In this document: piece after piece, positions 32,341 to 41,631 of the stretch
Layout: the number at the start of each line of letters is the position of its first letter
Numbering within the stretch: the stretch's first letter is position 1
Assembly (NCBI GenBank): GCA_028281045.1
Contig: JANQKP010000009.1
Coordinates: 129,673-193,672 of the forward strand
Source of the DNA: Candidatus Altimarinota bacterium
GTDB lineage: Bacteria; Patescibacteriota; Gracilibacteria; UM-FILTER-43-11
DNA length: 64,000 nt
Direction of reading: 5' to 3'
Notes under the pieces: model-generated
Told to the model about the DNA's origin: nothing
What the model saw: only the letters and a program-made list of their open reading frames with translations
Database searches by the model: none
Position numbers and translations under genes: made by a program

Positions 32341-35300
32341 ATGGTGGCTCAAAGCCCCCTTGCTCATGCAAGGCTTATTTTCGATAATGAGTTCTTGATT
32401 GAGTATGCTGGAACTGGGTCTACTTGGATCATCGATTCACAAGATGATGCTACTGGAGACATTGAACTTCAGTTCGGTAACGATGGAACCGACGGTTCTA
32501 TTGCTTGGGATATCACGAACAATGAGTTCGATATTGGAAGTGATTTCAATCTGCAACAAAACCAAGCCCTTAACCTGGTAATCGATAACCGTGCTGGGGT
32601 TGCTCCTGCCACACCAGTAGGTGGGCAAATCTATCATGATACGGTTTCTGGGAATACTTTCGTACGTAACGGAGTATCTGGACAATGGGAAGATGTAACG
32701 GATGTAAATGCTTCTCAAACCAAAGTAGTAACCGTGGGGACGGGGCTAGATTACACCACGATCTCAGCGGCAGCGACTTACCTAAACGGACTTTCTGGGG
32801 GGATTATGCTTCTTGCCGCAGAATCTCACGCCGTAACCACCGCAGTGGATCTAACCAACGTAACGCTGATTGGTAAAGATGCCGATGTAACCACAATTGC
32901 GATTAGCGGATCTGGACAACTAGATTCATTTGATACCACCTTCCGTAATCTAACGATTGATGTGAACGCCATCACAGACGACATGGCCATTGATGCCCAA
33001 ACAGGGGCATCTTCTCTATTCTTCGAATGGGTAGACTTTGATGTACAAGACAGTGGAGACAGTCTGATCGACAGTAATGCAGGGGCTGCTCCAACCGTAA
33101 CGGTTAAAATCGTAAACTCAGAGCAGGTAGGAACGTCTGGAACCATTCTGAAAACGGTAGCCTCAGGGAATCTAAATGCTTCAAGTACGGTATTCATTTC
33201 TTCTGCTTCAGGGAACAGTCTTCTTGAAGTTTCTGATTGGGATGTAACCGTGGCTGGGTTCGGTAATGTAAATACTTCTGGAGCCATCACAGCGATTCCA
33301 AACGATACGATCGTTGTGTATCCAGGGATGAACCTGCAAGGAGCCATTGATAGTATCACTACTGGGGGTTCTATCACCCTGCTTCCTGGAACGCATAGCA
33401 TTAGTTCTACCCTAACGATCGATAACGATGATATCGAGATCGTAGGTTATGGAGATTCTTCAATCATCTCGGCTTCAGGATTTAGTGGAATCACAGGAAC
33501 CACGGCTGCCATCCAAGTAGGTGCTGAAGACGGAAGTGCTGCTGTAGATGGGACCATTCTTCGTAACTTCAGACTAAACGTAGATACCAACAACATTCAT
33601 GGGGTACGTATCTCTGGAGGAGACGATAACCAAGTGGATAACGTGACCGTAGTTAAAACTGCAGGAACCGCGACCACCAAATCTGGGATCGTAATTCTAA
33701 ACAGCGATGCAGCTCAACTGGTACGCCCTGTAGTAAAAGATTCACGTGTAAGTGGAACCAGTGGAGGTGGAGCTTATTTCACTGATGGGATTGAACTACA
33801 GCTAGATAACTCAACCTTTGGAGGAACTCGTGGGATTGTAAACGCCCTCATTGACGGTAATGAAGTAGATTACGTTGGTGAAGACGCTTTCAGTGTTACG
33901 GGTCTTGAAAACAGTTCGATTTACAACAATGTAGCCACTCAAATGGGTCAAGATGGAGTAGCCACAGATTCATATGGTTACTACCTAGAGGCCACAAATA
34001 ACATCAACATGAATGCGAATCTGGCTACAGGTCCTGCTCGTACCGATGCTATAGGGATTGGGATTGAGCCAGTGAATACAGGGTCTCTGAACGAAACGCT
34101 GGATTCTATCTTCGCCGGGAATATCATTGATGGAGAAGAAAACTCTGGAGTTGGATTCCAACATGGTTTCATGATTGGAGATACAACCAATACTGGAGTG
34201 CATCGTAATTCATTCCAAAATAATTCGATTCTGGGAGCTTCTGCAACCACTACCGTGGCGATTAATATTCGTGGAAATGCAGATCAGAACTCATTTGTTG
34301 GAAACAACCTTTCTGGAGGAACAAACGCTTGGGATACTGGTATTAGTCTGGCTTCTGCCACCCAAGAAAACAACTTAGTTCGTGGGAATAGAACGAACAA
34401 TGTAACCACTTACAGCTCAGACAGTAGTACTGCTCTGCTTCGTGGTGTACCACAGCATCAAGCAACGGCTGATCCAACGATTAATGACGATGTAAATGAT
34501 GGATACCGCATTGGAACCATTTGGATCAACACCACAAGTGATGAAACCTTTGTGCTTGTTGATGAAACCGTAGGCGCTGCCGTTTGGGACAATATTGCAG
34601 ATGCTGGAAGTGCCATAACTGGAGTAAACAGCAATACCTTTACCCTGGATCAGGATGATACTGGAGGAGATGTAACGCTTCAATTCGGTACATCGCTCGC
34701 CGAAACCTTAACCTGGGACAACACCAACTCTGAATTCGATCTTTCAGATGATCTTAATATCACCGGAGGACTGATTACTTCTGGAAACATTGATCTGAAT
34801 TCAAATGAGCTCATTGAAGCTAGAATTGAAAACCTAGGATCTGCTCCAACTTGTAATGGGGCTAATGCTGGAAGACTTTACCATGACACAGGAGACACGT
34901 TCTCTTACGTGTGTAATGGAACCGGTTGGCAACGTATTGATAATCAGCCAACTACAGCCGTATTCGATGGTTATGACAATGCTGGGAACACGAGTGTAAC
35001 CACTACAGAAGCTACGTTAAATATCGATTCTACAAACGTTTCAGATGCGAATTACACGCTAGCTTCGGACGTAGTAACCATTAATACCACTGGGCTTTAT
35101 CTAGTAACGGCAAGGCTAACGGTGGATAGTAATGGAACCACTGGTGCTACTCGTTCTAGTATTCAACTGAGAGCTGAAGAAGACACCGGAGGTGGATTCA
35201 CCGATATTCCTGGAGTGATTTGTCAGGACTACATGCGTGAACAAGCCACTGGTATTTCAAGTGCTTCTTGTACCGTGAGTTTCATTCGCAGTTTCAATGC

Positions 35301-35397
35301 CACAGACGATATTCAACTGACGCATCAAATGAATGGAACCACTACAGGACAAACTGTACCTCAAGGTTCTGGACTTACTATTGAATTCATACGCTAG
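32341..35397 (+). CDS. giant secreted right-handed beta-helix protein (1018 aa as tracked), AHA-RILF family; true start probably upstream non-canonical
   Basis: From ATG 32341 the N-terminus (MVAQSPLAHA|RLIF) lacks an h-region. The in-frame upstream codons after the stop at 32290 read KIKTKQKIIGFLTLVL and contain only ATC/ATT as possible starts. Body: pectate-lyase-like beta-helix repeats (ITLLPGTHSISSTLTIDNDDIEIVGYG…NNIHGVRISGGDDNQVDNV), an internal second LQFG module, a Cys-pair module, and a C-terminal jelly-roll-like domain. Confidence 0.85.
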   Translation: MVAQSPLAHARLIFDNEFLIEYAGTGSTWIIDSQDDATGDIELQFGNDGTDGSIAWDITNNEFDIGSDFNLQQNQALNLVIDNRAGVAPATPVGGQIYHDTVSGNTFVRNGVSGQWEDVTDVNASQTKVVTVGTGLDYTTISAAATYLNGLSGGIMLLAAESHAVTTAVDLTNVTLIGKDADVTTIAISGSGQLDSFDTTFRNLTIDVNAITDDMAIDAQTGASSLFFEWVDFDVQDSGDSLIDSNAGAAPTVTVKIVNSEQVGTSGTILKTVASGNLNASSTVFISSASGNSLLEVSDWDVTVAGFGNVNTSGAITAIPNDTIVVYPGMNLQGAIDSITTGGSITLLPGTHSISSTLTIDNDDIEIVGYGDSSIISASGFSGITGTTAAIQVGAEDGSAAVDGTILRNFRLNVDTNNIHGVRISGGDDNQVDNVTVVKTAGTATTKSGIVILNSDAAQLVRPVVKDSRVSGTSGGGAYFTDGIELQLDNSTFGGTRGIVNALIDGNEVDYVGEDAFSVTGLENSSIYNNVATQMGQDGVATDSYGYYLEATNNINMNANLATGPARTDAIGIGIEPVNTGSLNETLDSIFAGNIIDGEENSGVGFQHGFMIGDTTNTGVHRNSFQNNSILGASATTTVAINIRGNADQNSFVGNNLSGGTNAWDTGISLASATQENNLVRGNRTNNVTTYSSDSSTALLRGVPQHQATADPTINDDVNDGYRIGTIWINTTSDETFVLVDETVGAAVWDNIADAGSAITGVNSNTFTLDQDDTGGDVTLQFGTSLAETLTWDNTNSEFDLSDDLNITGGLITSGNIDLNSNELIEARIENLGSAPTCNGANAGRLYHDTGDTFSYVCNGTGWQRIDNQPTTAVFDGYDNAGNTSVTTTEATLNIDSTNVSDANYTLASDVVTINTTGLYLVTARLTVDSNGTTGATRSSIQLRAEEDTGGGFTDIPGVICQDYMREQATGISSASCTVSFIRSFNATDDIQLTHQMNGTTTGQTVPQGSGLTIEFIR

Positions 35398-38300
35398 ATG
35401 AAAAGACTTTTTGCAGTCATCGCCGGGCTTATGATCTTCATCCAGGGCGCACATGCCCGCATTCTTTTTGAAAGTGAGTTCCTTTTTATTAATCCAATAG
35501 CCCAGCCCAACGAGTTCATTATTGACCAAGTAGATGACACCTCAACTGATGTAGAACTTCAGTTCGGGAACAGTGGAGGATCTGATGGTCTTTTAACTTG
35601 GGATATCACGAACAATGAGTTCGATGTAGCTAGCCCTGTAAACTTCAATCAAAATGAGCTTCGTGAAGCCGTAATTGAAAATATAGGAGCCCTTCCTGGG
35701 ACAGGAGATCCTGGAGAAATCCTTTATTTAACCTCAGATGGGAACCCCTATGTATGGGACGATGTACAAGGAACCTGGGAAGACATTACTGCCATTAGCG
35801 CCTTTGCGAGTAAGGTGATTTCTGTAGGAACCGGACTAGATTTCAGTAATATCGAAGCCGGGGCAAGTTATTTGAACACGCTTTCTGGAGGAATCATGCT
35901 ACTTGCAGCAGAAACGCACACCGTAACAAATGCAACGGATCTAACCAATATTATTCTTATTGGTAAAGATGCGAGCCAAACCACAGTTCAAATCTCTGGA
36001 TCTGGACAACTGGATTCATTTGATACCCGTTTTCAAGATTTAACTTTAGATATCAATGCCATCACAGACGATATGGCGATTGACGTACAATCTGGGACAA
36101 GCTCTCTGTTCTTCACCAATGTTGAATTCGATATTTTAGATAGTGGAGATAGTCTTATTGATAGTAATGCAGGAGCTGCTCCAACAGTAACCATTCGTAT
36201 TGTAAATTCAACTCAAACAGGAACCAGTGGAACCATGGTTAAAGCCGAAGCCACAGGAAACCTAGATACAGGCTCTGGAATTTATCTTTCTAGTGCGAAT
36301 GGGAATGGACTACTTCAATTTGAAGACTGGGATGTAACCCTAGCAGGTGCCACTAATGTACTAACGAGTGGAACACTGACCACGGTACCAAGTGATACGA
36401 TTTTCGTATATCCAGGGATGAATCTTCAGGCTGCTATTAATAGTGTGACTTCTGGGGGTACTATTATATTACTACCGGGAACTCACTCTATTACCTCCCC
36501 TCTTTTAATTTCAAATGACAATATTGAAATTCAAGGGTACGGGGATGATTCTGTAATTTCTGCCACTGGGTTCTCTTCTCCAACGGACACCACTGCCGCT
36601 GTGCAACTTGGAGCCGCCGATGGAACCGCACCAGTAGATGGAATCACTCTACGTGACTTCAAAGTAGAAGTAACTGGAGATGAGGGGGGAGGAACCGATA
36701 TCCACGGAGTTCGTGCTGCCGGAGGAATGGATCTACTTGTAGATAATATTACCGTTCAAAAAATCTCAGGAACCTCAGGAAGTGGAGCAACAGCTCGCAT
36801 GGGGATTCACTTTATTGATGGAACTTCACAAGAACTGATGCGCCCTGTAATTCGTAATACACGTGTACTTGGAAATGGAGGATCTAACTACTTCACCGAT
36901 GGGATTCACGTGACTTCTAACGCTGCTATTCCTGGAGTATTTGGAAATAGCACAGGAATTACAGACCCACTTGTAGAAGGAAACTATGTGGATTATGTTC
37001 GCGAAACAGCCTACGTATATGTAGGAACTACCGGGGGGAACCTAAATAATAACCGCGCCACCCAAATGGGAGCCGGAGGAAGTGGTTATGGAATCTTCCT
37101 AGGAGAAGTAACCAATGTGGTTATGGATGCCAACGTATTTAGTGGAAGTCTTGGAACAACCAGTATTGCCATTGGAGTTGACTCTTTTAATACAGGAGCT
37201 TTAACCGAAACAAGAGACTCTGTATTCACAAACAATATTATTGATGGAATTGAAAATGGTGGAGTTGGATTTGGAACTGGTTTCCAAATTGGAAATGCTA
37301 CCAACGTAAATGTTCAAGGAAATGCCTTCCGTAATAACGTAATTCGTGGAGCCTCAACCGAAGCAGGCACCGTAGCCATGGTATGGCGTGGAGACGCGAG
37401 CCAGAACATGATTAGTGAAAATAATATTATTGGAGGAACCAATGCTTGGGACACTGGGATTAACCTGGATGGAACAGGAACTCAGACCAATAATACGATT
37501 CGTGGAACGCTATACGATAATGTTACTGCGGAGCTAACCGATAGTAGTACCGCACTCCTTCGTGGAGTGGACTATCATCAGGACACGGTGAATCCAACCG
37601 TGAATGATGATATAGATAACTATAAAGTAGGTAGCCTATGGATAAATACCACAAGTGATGTGGTATTCAGCCTAGTGGATAATACTGACGGAGCAGCGGT
37701 ATGGAATTTCTTAGTAGGAGATCAGTTTACAACCAGTAATACATTTACCATTGATCAAGATGACACAGGGGGAAATGTAACCCTTCAATTTGGGACATCA
37801 CTCGCTGAAACCCTAACTTGGGACAACACGAACTCTGAATTCGATCTTTCAGATGATCTGAATATCACTGGAGGACTGATTACCTCTGCCAATATAGATT
37901 TAAATTCGAATCAACTATTAGAAGTGCGCACAGAAAACTTGGGTTCTGCGCCTACTTGTAATGGAGCAAATGCTGGAAGAACTTACTTTAATACCAGCGG
38001 CAATCACACCTATGTTTGTGATGGAACCACGTGGCAATTTGTAAACGATGCGCCTCAAGTGGTGCATGTTTACGATGGAACTGGAGGAGTAACCATAACC
38101 TCAACAGAAGCCGTACTTAATTTAGATACCACAGCAGTTATCGATGCTGCCTATAGCCTAGCGTCAGATACTATTACCTTTAATAATGATGCGCTTTATA
38201 AAATCTATGGGCGCTTCACTTCACAAGGGGTAGATACCACGGGGGCACCAACTCGTGTTAATGGAGTACTTAGACTAGAAAGCGACACCGGAGGTGGATT

Positions 38301-38508
38301 TGTCGACGTGGCTGGAGCTGAATGTAGAGACTATCTACGTGAAGATGCCAACCAAAGCTTTAGTTGTTCATTTGCCCATATTGGAAGCTTTGATGTGGGA
38401 GATGACGTACGTCTAACCGTACAACTAGATGCTGGTGGTGCCACCACAACAAATAACACCGTTTCTGGAGGATCTAGCTTAACCATTGAAATGATCAGAC
38501 CAGAGTAA
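35398..38508 (+). CDS. giant secreted right-handed beta-helix protein (1036 aa), AHA-RILF family, paralog of 32341-35397
   Basis: Its ATG directly abuts the upstream stop. Signal peptide MKRLFAVIAGLMIFIQGAHA|RILF. It is collinear with the upstream paralog along its whole length. Confidence 0.88.
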   Translation: MKRLFAVIAGLMIFIQGAHARILFESEFLFINPIAQPNEFIIDQVDDTSTDVELQFGNSGGSDGLLTWDITNNEFDVASPVNFNQNELREAVIENIGALPGTGDPGEILYLTSDGNPYVWDDVQGTWEDITAISAFASKVISVGTGLDFSNIEAGASYLNTLSGGIMLLAAETHTVTNATDLTNIILIGKDASQTTVQISGSGQLDSFDTRFQDLTLDINAITDDMAIDVQSGTSSLFFTNVEFDILDSGDSLIDSNAGAAPTVTIRIVNSTQTGTSGTMVKAEATGNLDTGSGIYLSSANGNGLLQFEDWDVTLAGATNVLTSGTLTTVPSDTIFVYPGMNLQAAINSVTSGGTIILLPGTHSITSPLLISNDNIEIQGYGDDSVISATGFSSPTDTTAAVQLGAADGTAPVDGITLRDFKVEVTGDEGGGTDIHGVRAAGGMDLLVDNITVQKISGTSGSGATARMGIHFIDGTSQELMRPVIRNTRVLGNGGSNYFTDGIHVTSNAAIPGVFGNSTGITDPLVEGNYVDYVRETAYVYVGTTGGNLNNNRATQMGAGGSGYGIFLGEVTNVVMDANVFSGSLGTTSIAIGVDSFNTGALTETRDSVFTNNIIDGIENGGVGFGTGFQIGNATNVNVQGNAFRNNVIRGASTEAGTVAMVWRGDASQNMISENNIIGGTNAWDTGINLDGTGTQTNNTIRGTLYDNVTAELTDSSTALLRGVDYHQDTVNPTVNDDIDNYKVGSLWINTTSDVVFSLVDNTDGAAVWNFLVGDQFTTSNTFTIDQDDTGGNVTLQFGTSLAETLTWDNTNSEFDLSDDLNITGGLITSANIDLNSNQLLEVRTENLGSAPTCNGANAGRTYFNTSGNHTYVCDGTTWQFVNDAPQVVHVYDGTGGVTITSTEAVLNLDTTAVIDAAYSLASDTITFNNDALYKIYGRFTSQGVDTTGAPTRVNGVLRLESDTGGGFVDVAGAECRDYLREDANQSFSCSFAHIGSFDVGDDVRLTVQLDAGGATTTNNTVSGGSSLTIEMIRPE

Positions 38509-38511
38509 TAC

Positions 38512-38540
38512 TTTACATAAAAGTATTATTATGTTATAAT
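38512..38540 (+). promoter_or_regulatory. promoter of 38566-40020
   Basis: TTTACA (38512-38517), a 17-nt spacer, then TGtTATAAT (38535-38540). Confidence 0.5.
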
Positions 38541-38565
38541 GTTAGGAATAATTTAATTTTTTACA

Positions 38566-40020
38566 ATGTACAAACACCTAAAAAAACAAAATCATTTAAT
38601 TGCTACTTTTGCAGCAGCCATCGTTCTTGGAATTGGTTTTCTAAGAGCTGATATCGTATTTGGGGTACCTATTCCAACCGATACAGATGGAGACGGATGG
38701 GAAGACTCTATTGATAACTGTCCTACCATAGCTAACCCAGACCAAGCAGATGTGGATTTAGACGGTATTGGAGATGTCTGTGACGATCTTATCGATTCTG
38801 ATGGTGATCTAGTAGCAGATTCTGAAGACAACTGTCCATTTGTATCTAATCCAGATCAAGAAGATCTAGATGCCGATAATATTGGTGACGCTTGTGATGA
38901 TCTTGTAGATCAAGATGGTGATGGTATCGCAGATAGCGAAGATAACTGTCCCCTAACCCCTAATGCAGACCAAGCAGACAGCGATTTTGATGGAATTGGA
39001 GATGTCTGTGACGATAGCAGCGAACCTGTTTGTACCGATGACGATGGAGACGGATACTCTATTGAAGGAGGAGCTTGTGGAGCTATTGACTGTGTAGATT
39101 CAGACTCTAGCATTTACCCAGAAGCTGTTGAAATGTGTAACCTAGTAGACGATAACTGTAACGCCCTTATCGATACTGAAGATCCAAACTACGAAGACGA
39201 AGAAACACCTTCTGTTATGGCAGAACTACTAGCCCTTGGGGGAAATAACTTCCAAGCCAACTTCAGCGGAGACGATAACTGTGGAATAGATGGCCTTACT
39301 TGTACCTCTAGCCTAGTTTGTGGAGAAACAGAAACTGCTCTAGAAAACGGACAAGAACTAGCTATTGACCCTAACGGATGTGACGCTGCAGGAGGTTACC
39401 AAATGCACACTTCTTGTACAGACGGACTTGGGAACACAAGCGAAGTAATTGTAGTGCCTGAATTCGATCCTGCTTCTGAAGACTGTGACTGTAAAGGGAA
39501 AGTAAAAGAAATGACTCTTAAATACACTGGAGACTCTGCTGCAGAAGTGAAAGTGAAGCAAAAAAAAGGGAAAGACATTGTGTTTAACAACACTCTAAAC
39601 CCTGGAGAACATTTCCAAATTACAGGAACTTGGAAAGGAAGTCTTGGAACCGAAATTAAACTTTATGTAAATGGTGAGCTAAACGCCAAAATTCACACCA
39701 GCTGTTCTGTCCCTGTAGGCCCTGGACAAATTGCTGGAGACTTTGAGGTGATTAATGGAACTAGCAAAAAGTATGATGGACCACTTTGTCCTTACGAAGC
39801 AGGTGGAAACAATGATGATGATGAAGATGATGACAGAGATGACGATCGTGATGACGAAGACGATGATTATAGAGATGACGACGATGATCGTGGGCATGGG
39901 CATGGACACCACCATGACAAAGATGATGATGACGATGACGAAGACGATGATGATAGAGACAAAAAGCGCTCAAAACACAAACATCGTTACGAAGGTAAAA
40001 AAGGAAAAAGCAGAAGATAA
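38566..40020 (+). CDS. secreted thrombospondin-type-3-repeat protein with extreme Asp/His-rich tail
   Basis: 484 aa. N-terminal hydrophobic segment. Four copies of DNCPxxxNPDQxDxDxDGxGDxCDD. A MopE-like Cys motif (DDDGDGYS…[24 protein letters not shown]). C-terminal [18 protein letters not shown]…[21 protein letters not shown]…KKGKSRR. Confidence 0.85.
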   Translation: MYKHLKKQNHLIATFAAAIVLGIGFLRADIVFGVPIPTDTDGDGWEDSIDNCPTIANPDQADVDLDGIGDVCDDLIDSDGDLVADSEDNCPFVSNPDQEDLDADNIGDACDDLVDQDGDGIADSEDNCPLTPNADQADSDFDGIGDVCDDSSEPVCTDDDGDGYSIEGGACGAIDCVDSDSSIYPEAVEMCNLVDDNCNALIDTEDPNYEDEETPSVMAELLALGGNNFQANFSGDDNCGIDGLTCTSSLVCGETETALENGQELAIDPNGCDAAGGYQMHTSCTDGLGNTSEVIVVPEFDPASEDCDCKGKVKEMTLKYTGDSAAEVKVKQKKGKDIVFNNTLNPGEHFQITGTWKGSLGTEIKLYVNGELNAKIHTSCSVPVGPGQIAGDFEVINGTSKKYDGPLCPYEAGGNNDDDEDDDRDDDRDDEDDDYRDDDDDRGHGHGHHHDKDDDDDDEDDDDRDKKRSKHKHRYEGKKGKSRR

Positions 40021-40030
40021 ATAAAAACTA

Positions 40031-40056
40031 AAAACCCGCCAACTGGCGGGTTTTTT
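40031..40056. terminator. bidirectional intrinsic terminator between convergent 38566-40020 and the pilin operon
   Basis: AAAA-ACCCGCC-AACT-GGCGGGT-TTTTTT. Confidence 0.8.
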
Positions 40057-40066
40057 GATGTTTTAA

Positions 40067-40558
40067 CTAACGCTTAATGCTGATATCTGGAGCAACACCT
40101 CCTCCACCAGCTCCTTCGCCTTCGGCGTCACAAGCAATGACTTTTACAGTTCCTTCATCTTCCAAATGTAGGGCATAGCCCGTAGTAGTAGCACTACCCG
40201 TTTTAGGATCCTCTGGAACCGTAGCTAAATAGTTAGCTCCAAGCCCTGATAAATCTACACAGGCATCTTCTGTAGAGTCTCCTGCACAATCTCGGTCACA
40301 ACCTGTTCCGGCAGTTCCAATTTGCCAAATATCACCATCGTTCACGGCCGCTACATTAGCGTGATAATCTCCGTTGTTATCTGCTTGGTGCTTCTTAATT
40401 GCATCTAGAATCGTAGAAACATCACTAGAGCGTCTTGCATTTCTAGTTTCATGCAAACGACGCGCTGGATCTATGGCTACAAAGATAGCCCCAGCTAAAA
40501 TCGCCACGATAGCAATGACAATAATAAGTTCTACAAGGGTGAATCCTTTTCTATTCAT
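40067..40558 (-). CDS. type IV pilin-like protein (major-pilin paralog 1)
   Basis: Prepilin leader MNRKG|FTLVELIIVIAIVAILAG. Conserved C-terminal CDAEGEGAGGGG…ISIKR. Confidence 0.88.
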   Translation of the reverse strand: MNRKGFTLVELIIVIAIVAILAGAIFVAIDPARRLHETRNARRSSDVSTILDAIKKHQADNNGDYHANVAAVNDGDIWQIGTAGTGCDRDCAGDSTEDACVDLSGLGANYLATVPEDPKTGSATTTGYALHLEDEGTVKVIACDAEGEGAGGGGVAPDISIKR

Positions 40559-40563
40559 TTTTA

Positions 40564-41049
40564 TTAACGAGTTACTTTAATTTCCGGAGGAGCGCCAGAT
40601 CCACCGGCACCTTCTCCTTCAGGATCACAAGCGTAAACTGAAACAGAGCCTGATTCTAGGCTAATCATATAGCCCGTCATGGCTGCTGTACCTGTCTTAG
40701 GATCCTGAGGAACAGTAGCTAAGTAATTAGCTCCGATAGAAGTTAAATCAACACAGCTTGGATCTGCTGTTTGATTAGCACATTCAACATCACAGCTGCC
40801 CACTTGGGTTCCAATAACGTAAAAATCACCCTCGGTAAGTGACTGAATAGCAGAATAATGATCTCCGTTATTATCCACTTGGTATTTACGAATGGCATCT
40901 AAAATAGTCACCACATCGCTAGACCTTCTGGCGTTACGGGTTTCGTGTAAACGACGCGCTGGGTCTATAGCCACAAAAATCGCTCCGGCCAGAATAGCAA
41001 CAATAGCAATCACAATGATGAGCTCAACAAGCGTAAAACCTTTTTTCAT
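40564..41049 (-). CDS. type IV pilin-like protein (major-pilin paralog 2)
   Basis: MKKG|FTLVELIIVIAIVAILAG. The first ~55 mature residues are nearly identical to paralog 1. C-terminal CDPEGEGAGGSGAPPEIKVTR. Confidence 0.88.
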   Translation of the reverse strand: MKKGFTLVELIIVIAIVAILAGAIFVAIDPARRLHETRNARRSSDVVTILDAIRKYQVDNNGDHYSAIQSLTEGDFYVIGTQVGSCDVECANQTADPSCVDLTSIGANYLATVPQDPKTGTAAMTGYMISLESGSVSVYACDPEGEGAGGSGAPPEIKVTR

Positions 41050-41106
41050 TTATTTTTGTGTACTTTAAAAGTCACCGTGAATTATACACTAGTTCCCAGT
41101 GAAACA

Positions 41107-41613
41107 CTAACGTACAGCTTTAATTTCCGGTGGAGTTCCAGTTCCCCCTGCCCCCTCACCTTCTGTTTCACAGGCATAAACGGTGATTCCATTGTTTTCA
41201 TCTTTTTTCAGGTAGTAGCCTGTTTCAAGATCGGTTCCAATCAGGGGATCTAGCGGAACAATAGGCAGGTAATTACTTCCAATATCTTCAAGGTCTACAC
41301 AATTAGTGATCGTGTCATGATTGTCACAAGTTTTAGCACAACCCACTCCATTGGTTCCAATCATGTAGTATTTATTGGCGTCTAAATCATCAATTTCAGT
41401 GTAATGATTCCCCGCATTATCCGCTTGGTATTTTTTAATTGCATCTACAAGCGTATTTACATCGTTTTTACGAATCGAATTACGCGATTCGTGTAAACGA
41501 CGCGCTGGATCTACGGCTACAAAAATAGCCCCAGCTAAAATCGCAATAATGGCAATCACAATAATCAATTCAACGAGGGTAAATCCTTTAATTTTTTGGA
41601 GTATTTTTTTCAC
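41107..41613 (-). CDS. type IV pilin-like protein (major-pilin paralog 3)
   Basis: MKKILQKIKG|FTLVELIIVIAIIAILAG. C-terminal CETEGEGAGGTGTPPEIKAVR. Confidence 0.88.
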   Translation of the reverse strand: MKKILQKIKGFTLVELIIVIAIIAILAGAIFVAVDPARRLHESRNSIRKNDVNTLVDAIKKYQADNAGNHYTEIDDLDANKYYMIGTNGVGCAKTCDNHDTITNCVDLEDIGSNYLPIVPLDPLIGTDLETGYYLKKDENNGITVYACETEGEGAGGTGTPPEIKAVR

Positions 41614-41631
41614 CTTTCTATTATATAAAGA

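Noticed and set aside
39755-40024. Two ORFs (89 aa on the plus strand, 70 aa on the minus strand) rich in Met/Thr or His within the GAT/GAC repeat tract.
   Set aside because: They are alternative readings of the Asp/Glu-repeat coding DNA of 38566-40020. There is no support for them as separate genes.
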